This document shows, in pieces, positions 56,420 through 64,000 of a DNA stretch of 64,000 nt; position 1 is the stretch's first letter, and every line of letters starts with the position of its first letter. Location of the stretch: contig MFNF01000001.1 of assembly GCA_001783715.1 (NCBI GenBank), forward strand, positions 58,393-122,392, given 5' to 3'. Source of the stretch: Candidatus Lambdaproteobacteria bacterium RIFOXYD2_FULL_56_26. GTDB taxonomy: Bacteria; SAR324; XYD2-FULL-50-16. Position numbers and translations under genes: made by a program. The notes below the pieces were generated by a model. That model did no database searches. It saw nothing but the letters and a program-made list of their open reading frames with translations, and was not told where the DNA came from.

Positions 56420-57751
56420 ATGAGCCTACCTGAAACCCTGCAAATCCCCTGTTCCCTTCCGGTCCATGCCGATCTTTCGATCCCCGGTTCCAAGAGCCTG
56501 ACCAACCGTGCCCTGCTGGTAGCGGCACTGGCCCAGGGGACCAGCCAACTCAAGGGGATGCTCCATTCCGACGACACCCACTACATGACCGAAGCCCTCA
56601 AGGCCCTGGGCGTAACGGCGGAACCCTCGGGAACCGAGATGAAGGTGGTGGGCTCCGGGGGCCGGTTTTCCCCTTATGCCGGGGAGATTTACGTGGAAAA
56701 CGCCGGTACCGCCGCCAGATTTTTGACCGCCGCCTTGGGGCTTGGGCAGGGGACCTACCGGCTCAACGGCAATGCTAGGATGCGCCAAAGGCCGATCTTG
56801 GATTTGGTCCAAGCCTTGGGTTCCTTAGGGGTCAAGGTGACCGACCTGGAAGGGACTGGCTGCCCTCCCTTGCTGATCGAAGGGGGTGGGTTCAAAGGCG
56901 GGGCGGTGGAGGTCCGGGGAGACCAGTCCAGCCAGTACCTGAGCGCCTTGATGCTCACCGCCCCTTGTGCGCCCAAGGATACAGTGATCACCATTGAGGG
57001 ACCGTTGGTTTCTCGGACCTATGTGGAAATGACCCGCAAGATCATGGCCGACTTTGGGGCCCAGAGCCATTGGTTGGACCCAACCAGACTTTCGGTCAAA
57101 GGCGGGCAGGGCTACCGGGGGCGGGAGTATCAGATTGAGGCGGATGCCAGTTCGGCTTCTTACTTTTTTGGGCTCGCCGCCATTGCCGGGGGCCGAATCC
57201 GGGTGCATGGGATCGAGGAGAACAGCACCCAAGGGGACCTGGGGCTGGTGCGGATCTTGGAAGCCATGGGTTGTCAGGTCACCTTCGAGTCGGGGGCGGT
57301 GGTCCTCGAACGGGACCCCAACCAGCCGCTCCAGTCGGTGGAGGTGGACATGAACAGCATGAGCGACGTGGCCCCAACCTTGGCGGTGGTGGCGCTTTTT
57401 GCGCAAGGCCGGACCCGGATCGGCAATGTGGCCAACATGCGGATCAAGGAATGTGACCGGATCAAGGCGGTGGTGACCGAGCTGGGCAAGCTGGGGGCGA
57501 AGGTCGAGGAGTTCGAGGACGGGCTGGCGGTGACCGGAGGAGCTCCCCTCAAAGGGGCCAAGCTGCACAGCTATGACGACCACCGGATGGCCATGTGCCT
57601 GAGTTTGGCGGGGGTCAAATTGCCCGGAGTGGTGATCGAAAACCCAAGTTGCGTTTCCAAGACCTTCCCGGACTTTTACCAAAGGTTTTGGCCTCTGCTG
57701 GTTCCGGCCACGGAACAGGACCGGGCGCTGTTGGGGCAACTGGGGGGTTGA
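56420..57751 (+). CDS. aroA: 3-phosphoshikimate 1-carboxyvinyltransferase
   Basis: PGSKSLTNR, NAGT..R, SSQY.S, KECDR, DHRMAM, KTFP. Confidence 0.97.
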   Translation: MSLPETLQIPCSLPVHADLSIPGSKSLTNRALLVAALAQGTSQLKGMLHSDDTHYMTEALKALGVTAEPSGTEMKVVGSGGRFSPYAGEIYVENAGTAARFLTAALGLGQGTYRLNGNARMRQRPILDLVQALGSLGVKVTDLEGTGCPPLLIEGGGFKGGAVEVRGDQSSQYLSALMLTAPCAPKDTVITIEGPLVSRTYVEMTRKIMADFGAQSHWLDPTRLSVKGGQGYRGREYQIEADASSASYFFGLAAIAGGRIRVHGIEENSTQGDLGLVRILEAMGCQVTFESGAVVLERDPNQPLQSVEVDMNSMSDVAPTLAVVALFAQGRTRIGNVANMRIKECDRIKAVVTELGKLGAKVEEFEDGLAVTGGAPLKGAKLHSYDDHRMAMCLSLAGVKLPGVVIENPSCVSKTFPDFYQRFWPLLVPATEQDRALLGQLGG

Positions 57752-57763
57752 GGGCTTACCCTC

Positions 57764-59008
57764 TTACAGCCGTTCGGCCATTTTCTCCAGTTTGCCCACG
57801 ATCTGTTCCGAGCAGCGGTGCAGTTCTGCAACCAATGAATCGGTGGCGGCACCGGACTGGTGGGCCTTGATCAGGTTAAAAAAGACCTGATGGATCCTTT
57901 CGTGGGGTTTGTTGATTTCCTCAAAAAGTTGCAAGGATTCCTTGTCTCTTTGGATCATCGGGTGCTCGGTGCCGAAGTACCACTTGCCCAAACGGCACAG
58001 GTGGTGGTCGGCCAGGGAATCTTGGGCGACCAGCTGGATCTCTCCCTTGAGCATCCGTTCGATCCGATGGACCCACCGTTTGTGGTCCTTGATGGCGGTC
58101 AGGAGCAGGTTCCTGTCCGAGACGTTCATGGTGAAGATGGTTTTGTCCATCTTCTGGGTTTCTTCGATGGTCTTGCGGATCGCCGGTTCCAGGTGGTCGT
58201 CCAGCCGGTCTGATTCTTCCCGCAGTTCTTCCGAAAGGGTCTCGATGGTTTTGGCGGTTTCGCTGATGGCGCTGGCCTGCTCTTCCATAGAGGTGTCCAG
58301 GGTCTCGGCGGCCTGATTGACCCCTTTGGCCATTGATTGGATCTGGTTGAAGGCGGCCTGGATCAGGTCCGCTTGGTCCAGGTTGGACTGGGCCATTTTG
58401 GCGATTTGGTCGAACCGTTCTAGGGTTTCTTTGACTTTTTGTTGCATCACCTCTACCGACTCCCGGATGGTCCGAGAAGCGGTGGAGGCTCTCCCGGCTA
58501 ACCGGCGGACCTCATCGGCCACCACCGCAAAGCCCTTGCCGTGTTCGGCGGCCTTGGCGGCCTCAATGGCGGCGTTGAGGGAAAGTAGATTGGTTTGGGC
58601 GGCCACTTCGTCAATGATGCTCACCGCTTTGGCGATTCGGTCCGAATCGGCCCGCAGCTCTCCAATTGCTTCGGCAGACCGGGCGGAAGTTTCGGCGAGG
58701 TTGCGGTTGCCCACCAGCATCTTTTCTACAATGCCGCCCCCTTCCACGCTGGCATCGGCCATGTTCCGGGCAGATTCCCGGGTTTCTTTGACCAAGGCTA
58801 AGACATCCTTGGTGTTGCGGTCCAACTCTTCGGCGGTCGCCGAAAGCTCGGTGGTTTGGGCGGCGGTGCTGGAAACCCGGTCTTTGAGCATCCCGATGTC
58901 GTCTCCCGAATCGGTAGCCAAGGAGAAAATAGAAGAAATGCCCTCAACCAGCTGGGTGACCTGGGAGTCTTGTGGAGCGGAGGGAGGAGTTTTTTTTGAT
59001 CCGAACAT
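57764..59008 (-). CDS. Cytoplasmic methyl-accepting chemotaxis protein with CZB zinc-binding domain
   Basis: [16 protein letters not shown]...[10 protein letters not shown]; DHKRW...CRLGKWY...HERIH. Confidence 0.93.
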   Translation of the reverse strand: MFGSKKTPPSAPQDSQVTQLVEGISSIFSLATDSGDDIGMLKDRVSSTAAQTTELSATAEELDRNTKDVLALVKETRESARNMADASVEGGGIVEKMLVGNRNLAETSARSAEAIGELRADSDRIAKAVSIIDEVAAQTNLLSLNAAIEAAKAAEHGKGFAVVADEVRRLAGRASTASRTIRESVEVMQQKVKETLERFDQIAKMAQSNLDQADLIQAAFNQIQSMAKGVNQAAETLDTSMEEQASAISETAKTIETLSEELREESDRLDDHLEPAIRKTIEETQKMDKTIFTMNVSDRNLLLTAIKDHKRWVHRIERMLKGEIQLVAQDSLADHHLCRLGKWYFGTEHPMIQRDKESLQLFEEINKPHERIHQVFFNLIKAHQSGAATDSLVAELHRCSEQIVGKLEKMAERL

Positions 59009-59066
59009 AAGCGTCCTTTTTTGTTAATTCAGGTTGGCTGTTGGAAAACTCCCGGAGAACTTTTGC

Positions 59067-60371
59067 TCAAGGGGCCATCAGCCAGGGTTTTAAGAGGGTC
59101 TCCAGACGGAGCCTCTCCTCATCTTTAGGGGCTGGGCCAATCAAAACGAGGGCGCAGCGGTCATTGCCAAGCAACAATCCGGCCAAGTCGTTGAGTTCCT
59201 CCAAGGTAATCCCCTTTATGACAGGGCCAATCTGCTCCAACCCCAGGTAGGAGGGGTAAAGCTCCAGGGCTACCTTTTCGTGCAGCTGCCCTTCCGCCGA
59301 GTCACAGTAACAGTCCAAAGAGGTTTGCAGCCTCAGTTTGGCCAGCTCCAGCTCTTCGGCAAAAAATCCTTCTTTTAGCCCCCTGGTGATCAGCTGGGTC
59401 AAGGCTTCCATCAGTTCAAAGAGATGTTCCTTGCCGACCGTGGCATTGAGGCTCAAGGTTGCCCCAGAGTCAAAAAAGCTGTGGTTTGCCGAGATGTCGT
59501 AAACCAAGCCCCGCTCTTCCCGGATGAACCGTTGGAGCCGGCTGGATGAACCGTCGTCCAAGATACGGCCAATCAGTTGCAACATCAACCGCATCCGAGA
59601 GCAGAGCGGGGACAAAAGAAAGCTCCACTGGAGGTTGTACTGGTTGTCCGGGTCGTTCACCCAGGTGATCTGGTTTTGGGGAACCAGCTCCTCTTCCACC
59701 GGTTTGTAGCTGAACCTTTGGCCGCCATCGAGGTCTCCCAAGTGGGCGGTCAGAATGGCCTCGGCGGCCAGAGGATCAAAGTTGCCCGAAATGCCCAGGA
59801 TCATGTTTTTGGGCAGGTAATAACGTTTGTACCAGTCTTGCAGCTCCAAGAGGCTGATTTTTTCTAAGGTCTTGACCGTGCCCGAGATGGAAAGGCCCAT
59901 CGGGTGGTTGGGCCAAAGGGCCTTGGCGGCGATTTGGTCAATGTCGATCAAGGTGTTTTTGTCGTTGTAATCGTTTTTGATCTCCTCCAAAACAATGCCC
60001 CGCTCGGTCTCCAGTTGGTCGAAGCTGGGGTAACGGAGAAACAGGGCAAAGTTTTTGAGTGCCGTCTCAAAGTAGTCCTTGTGGCATTCCAGCCAATATT
60101 CGGTGGCATCGAAGCTGGTGGCGGCGTTCATCTCCCCGCCGAGCCGCTCCATGGCCAAACTCATCTCCACCGAGTTGCCCAACTTTTGGTTGCCCCGAAA
60201 GAGCATGTGTTCCAAAAAATGGCTGATCCCGTTGTTGCCGGGATTTTCATGGGCCGAACCCACAAAAACCCAGGCATGGAGGGTCAGGGTTTTGATGGAA
60301 GGGTGGGTCTGGGTGTAAACCTTGAGACCGTTTTGTAAGGTAAAAAAGTGGGGTTGGGTGGCCAAATTCAA
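59067..60371 (-). CDS. M16 family (pitrilysin/MPP-like) peptidase
   Basis: GISHFLEHMLFRG, NAATS, SSRL...IRE.RGLVY. Confidence 0.9.
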   Translation of the reverse strand: MNLATQPHFFTLQNGLKVYTQTHPSIKTLTLHAWVFVGSAHENPGNNGISHFLEHMLFRGNQKLGNSVEMSLAMERLGGEMNAATSFDATEYWLECHKDYFETALKNFALFLRYPSFDQLETERGIVLEEIKNDYNDKNTLIDIDQIAAKALWPNHPMGLSISGTVKTLEKISLLELQDWYKRYYLPKNMILGISGNFDPLAAEAILTAHLGDLDGGQRFSYKPVEEELVPQNQITWVNDPDNQYNLQWSFLLSPLCSRMRLMLQLIGRILDDGSSSRLQRFIREERGLVYDISANHSFFDSGATLSLNATVGKEHLFELMEALTQLITRGLKEGFFAEELELAKLRLQTSLDCYCDSAEGQLHEKVALELYPSYLGLEQIGPVIKGITLEELNDLAGLLLGNDRCALVLIGPAPKDEERLRLETLLKPWLMAP

Positions 60372-60379
60372 AGGCGGTC

Positions 60380-61267
60380 CTACAGTTGGAAGGGTGGCAT
60401 ACCCTTTTGGAAACGAGCGGCGTTGATCACATTGTACATCAACATGGAAATGGTCATGGGGCCAACCCCGCCGGGCACCGGGGTGACCGCTTGGGCCTTG
60501 GTCGAGACGGCATCGTAGTCCACATCGCCCACCACTTTGGAGCCCTTGGGGTGGCTGGGGTCTTCCACTCGGTTGACCCCTACGTCGATGACCACGGCAC
60601 CGGGCTTGACGAATTCGGATTTGATGAATTCCGGTTTGCCGATGGCGGCCACCAGGATGTCCGCTTGGGCACATTCGGCGGCCAAGTTTTGGGTTCCCGA
60701 GTGGCAGAGGGTCACGGTCGCATCCCACCCCTTGAGGGACAAGAGGATCGAAAGCGGGCGGCCCACGATGTTCGAGCGACCCACTACCACCACCTTTTTG
60801 CCTTGGGTGGGGATGTTGCTGCGCTTGAGGATTTGCAGCACCCCAAAGGGGGTGCAGGGCATGAACCGAGGCGCTCCGGCGGCCAACAGCCCGAGGTTGA
60901 AGGGGTGGAAACAGTCCACATCCTTGTCCGGGTCGATGGCTTCGATCACCTCTTGTTCATTGAGCCCCTTGGGCAGCGGGACTTGGCACAGGATCCCGTT
61001 GACCTTGGGGTCCTCATTGTACCGTTTGACCAAGGCCAGCAGTTCCTTTTGGCTGGTTTCCTTGGGCAGCCGAGTGACCAAAGAACCGATCCCCAACCGT
61101 TCACAGGCCTTTTCCTTGGAGCCCACATAAATCTGACTGGCCGGGTCTTCCCCCACCAGAATCACCGCCAAACAGACCTCTACCCCAGAAGCCTTGAGAG
61201 AAGCCACTTCTTGGGTCAGGTCTTTTTCAATCGCTTCCTTGATGTCTTTGGAGGCCAACCGGATCAT
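60380..61267 (-). CDS. folD: Methylenetetrahydrofolate dehydrogenase/cyclohydrolase
   Basis: [38 protein letters not shown]. Confidence 0.97.
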   Translation of the reverse strand: MIRLASKDIKEAIEKDLTQEVASLKASGVEVCLAVILVGEDPASQIYVGSKEKACERLGIGSLVTRLPKETSQKELLALVKRYNEDPKVNGILCQVPLPKGLNEQEVIEAIDPDKDVDCFHPFNLGLLAAGAPRFMPCTPFGVLQILKRSNIPTQGKKVVVVGRSNIVGRPLSILLSLKGWDATVTLCHSGTQNLAAECAQADILVAAIGKPEFIKSEFVKPGAVVIDVGVNRVEDPSHPKGSKVVGDVDYDAVSTKAQAVTPVPGGVGPMTISMLMYNVINAARFQKGMPPFQL

Positions 61268-62220
61268 GGGTTCCCTCGTTTTTGCAGGTAGTTCTCCAGG
61301 GTGACGATGTCGGCGGCAAACTTGCGAATCCCGTCGGCCAGCTTCTCGGTGGCCATGGGGTCTTCATTGTGCAGCCACCGGAAGGCCTTTTCGTCGAGGT
61401 CCAGTTTGGGGTCTTGGCCCAGGTCCATGGCCGGGCTCAGCTTGGGGGTTAAGGAACCGGGGGCCTGCTCCAGTTCTTCGAGCAGGTTGGGGCCGATGGT
61501 CAGACGGTCACAACCGGCCAGTTCCAGGATCTCCGAGGTGTTACGGAAGCTCGCCCCCATGATCACCGTGGGGTAACCGTATTTTTTGTAGTACTTGTAG
61601 ATCCGGGTGACCGAAACCACGCCGGGATCGTTGGGGCCGGTAAAATCTTGGCCCGGCTGGTTGGACTTGTACCAGTCCAGGATGCGGCCCACAAAGGGTG
61701 AAATCAGGTAGGCCCCCGCTTGGGCGCAGGCCACCGCCTGGGCGAAGCTGAACAGCAAGGTCAGGTTGCACTGGATGCCTTGTTTTTCCAGCACCCGAGC
61801 CGCCTCGATCCCTTCCCAGGTCGCCGCTACCTTGACCAACACCCGCTCTGGTCCAACCCCGGCTTCCTGGTAAAGCCCGATCAGCCGTTTGGCCCGCTCG
61901 ATGGTGGAAGGGGTGTCAAAAGAAAGCCTTGCGTCCACTTCGGTGGAGATCCGTCCAGGGATGACCTTCAAGATTTCCAGGCCGATCCCAACCGCCAAAA
62001 AGTCGATCGCCCCGCCCCACTTTTGTGCGGGACCCAATTTTTCCCCATAGGCCAGCGCCTTTTGCAACAGGTGGTCGTACTGGCCGGATTGGACCGCTTT
62101 GAGGACCAAGGTGGGGTTGGTGGTAGCGTCCACGGGGGTGAAGCGTTTGATCGAATCCAGGTCGCCGGTATCGGCTACCACTTGAGTGATCTGACGAAGG
62201 GCGGTTAAGTGATTTGACAT
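61264..62220 (-). CDS. tal: Transaldolase
   Basis: [41 protein letters not shown]. Confidence 0.97.
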   Translation of the reverse strand: MSNHLTALRQITQVVADTGDLDSIKRFTPVDATTNPTLVLKAVQSGQYDHLLQKALAYGEKLGPAQKWGGAIDFLAVGIGLEILKVIPGRISTEVDARLSFDTPSTIERAKRLIGLYQEAGVGPERVLVKVAATWEGIEAARVLEKQGIQCNLTLLFSFAQAVACAQAGAYLISPFVGRILDWYKSNQPGQDFTGPNDPGVVSVTRIYKYYKKYGYPTVIMGASFRNTSEILELAGCDRLTIGPNLLEELEQAPGSLTPKLSPAMDLGQDPKLDLDEKAFRWLHNEDPMATEKLADGIRKFAADIVTLENYLQKRGNP

Positions 62221-62312
62221 CCAGGCTCCAAGGGGCTTGTGGTCTAGAGGGAGATATGCAAAAAAGACCTAGGCTCAAGGTTATTGGTTCACCTTTTCTT
62301 TGGCAAGGGCTG

Positions 62313-63026
62313 ATGGGATTTTTCCTGGTGGAGCGCCCCCTGGCACAAGGGGAGCGGTTTGAGTTGGCAGGGGAGGAGGCGCTGCACCTTTTGGGGTCTC
62401 GGCGGATTCGGATTGGCGAGGAAGTGGAGGTCCAGGACCCGCAAGGCCACCGTTTTTTGGCGACCGTCTTGTCCAAGGAACGGAAGTCCTTGGAACTGCT
62501 GAATACCAAAGAACTGGTTCCCCCGGCGGAACCAAAATTCCGGCTTTGGCTGCACCAAGCAATAGTCAAGGAGAAGGCCTTGGACTGGATCCTGCAAAAA
62601 TCGGTGGAACTGGGAGCGGCCGGGGTGTTTTTGTTTGAAACCGAACATTCCCAACCGCTGCCCCAAGGGGAAGAACGGACCCACCGGCTGGAACGGTGGC
62701 ACAAGATCCTATGGGAGGCCTGTAAACAGTCGGGCCGCCACCGTCCCCCGGTCTTGACCCTCTCTGCGGTCAGCCCCCTGGGGCAAGCCTTTGACCAACC
62801 GGCCTTTGTTTTTGACCCCTACCGTCCCCCGACCTCCCTGAAAAATCTTACCCTCGAAAGCCAGGGTGCCCATTTGATCTTGGGGCCGGAAGCGGGATTT
62901 GAGCCGGAGGAGTTGGCAGGGTTCAGCGGCCACTACCTGGGGCTGGGTCCTCGGATTCTGCGGGCCGAAACCGCCGCCTTGGCTGCTTTGGCGCTGTTTG
63001 GGGGCCAGTTCGGGGACCTGGAGTAG
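62313..63026 (+). CDS. rsmE: 16S rRNA (uracil1498-N3)-methyltransferase
   Basis: QKSVELG, EACKQS.R, GPEAGF, LGPRILRAETA. Confidence 0.93.
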   Translation: MGFFLVERPLAQGERFELAGEEALHLLGSRRIRIGEEVEVQDPQGHRFLATVLSKERKSLELLNTKELVPPAEPKFRLWLHQAIVKEKALDWILQKSVELGAAGVFLFETEHSQPLPQGEERTHRLERWHKILWEACKQSGRHRPPVLTLSAVSPLGQAFDQPAFVFDPYRPPTSLKNLTLESQGAHLILGPEAGFEPEELAGFSGHYLGLGPRILRAETAALAALALFGGQFGDLE

Positions 63027-63051
63027 GAGCTTTGGCCCCAAACGACCGGCA

Positions 63052-64000
63052 CTAAAAGAACAGCATCAGCTGTAGGTTACCCCCGTCCCACTGGCGACCG
63101 ATGATCAGGTCCAGGTCCCAGGTGCTGTTCAGGTACAACCGCCAGTGGTCTGCCTCAAAAAAGACCGCCCCCAGGCTGGCCTTGAGTTGCACCCCTCGGA
63201 GGTCCTGGTCGTCACGAGAGAAGGGGTACCTTTGGGTCAGTTCGGCCCGACCTCCTTGGAGGGCTAAAAGCCACTGGAGCCCTTCTTTTTGGGTCACCAA
63301 GGCTTGGCCGTAAACTTGACGGCTGGCGAGGTCGCTGGAGAACCGGGAGAGGGGGTCATCGGCACCGACTTGGTCCCAAAATCGGCCTTGCTGCCCGCCC
63401 AAGGTCAACTCCCAATCGGGTGCGACCGGCCACCGGGTGTAGAGTTCTTCCCACCGGTAGCCCAGGTCCTGGCGGCGGCTGGAGAGGGCCCATTCCTCCT
63501 TAAAAACCCGCTCCCCCAAGACCCGCAAACCCCAGACCCGCTCCGTTCCCCATTCGACCCGTCCCTGGTATTGGGTCCCGGACCGACGGGTCTCCAAGGC
63601 TCCCTGGTTCCACCGGTGTGAAGCGGTCGCTTGGTGGGACCAGTCCCCGTTGAGGTACCAATCCCCCCCTCCCTGCCAAGTCACCTCCAACCGGTCGGTC
63701 ACCGGGTTGTTGACCGACTGGTCGGTGACTTCGGCGAGGCCGGGGCTGCGGTTTTTTTGGTTGTAAAGTAGGTTTTCATAGAGCCTGGAAGCCCGAAAGT
63801 AAAAGCCCCGGTGCCGAAGCCCGTAGCCAAACGCCCAGCCTAGGTCCCCGTCCTTTTTTGCGGCCGCCGGGAAGCCGACCAAGTCTAAGTGCCAGGGCTG
63901 GCCGAAGCGAAAATAAGCCTGTTGGGTCGGGGTGGCACTGTAGTAGAGGCTGTTTTCCAGGTACCGGTAGCCGAAGCCCACTTGGTCCCCCAGGGGCTGG
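63052..64000 (-). CDS. Probable outer-membrane beta-barrel protein (5'-truncated by window edge)
   Basis: Alternating hydrophobic/aromatic strand pattern, terminal QLMLFF; open to the window end. Confidence 0.6.
   Translation of the reverse strand, partial: QPLGDQVGFGYRYLENSLYYSATPTQQAYFRFGQPWHLDLVGFPAAAKKDGDLGWAFGYGLRHRGFYFRASRLYENLLYNQKNRSPGLAEVTDQSVNNPVTDRLEVTWQGGGDWYLNGDWSHQATASHRWNQGALETRRSGTQYQGRVEWGTERVWGLRVLGERVFKEEWALSSRRQDLGYRWEELYTRWPVAPDWELTLGGQQGRFWDQVGADDPLSRFSSDLASRQVYGQALVTQKEGLQWLLALQGGRAELTQRYPFSRDDQDLRGVQLKASLGAVFFEADHWRLYLNSTWDLDLIIGRQWDGGNLQLMLFF

Overview
A gene-dense, GC-rich chromosomal segment from a flagellated diderm (LPS-producing) bacterium. The gene content is deltaproteobacteria-like; this is inference only. 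It is mostly housekeeping: moaC, a glutaredoxin-thioredoxin reductase fusion, a sigma54-driven flagellar basal-body cluster (flgB flgC orf fliE fliF fliH fliI, with no fliG or fliJ), coaE, dus, purM, hemE, waaA, tsaD, hflX, fmt, gltX, msbA, sthA, FNR, lpxD, aroA, folD, tal and rsmE. It also carries a complete protein-thiocarboxylate-type sulfate assimilation operon. I found no rRNA, tRNA, CRISPR array, transposase or reverse transcriptase. The standout is an intact three-gene operon (12341-15306) with the architecture of a membrane-bound group 1 [NiFe]-hydrogenase whose cofactor sites have been removed in a coordinated way. The large subunit has no cysteines and no catalytic Arg. The Tat-exported small subunit has lost all four proximal-cluster Cys but keeps all-Cys medial and distal clusters. 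The cytochrome b has both cytoplasm-side heme His replaced by Arg and keeps the periplasm-side pair. This looks like a repurposed, nickel-free hydrogenase-like complex. Other leads are a highly structured ~210-nt fliF leader, a LuxR-type ligand domain with no HTH, a stand-alone FNR FAD-domain gene, a possible Rep-like winged-helix protein inside the fmt-hflX operon, and tandem helix-plus-beta-barrel paralogs. All family assignments come from motif recognition by eye, without database searches.
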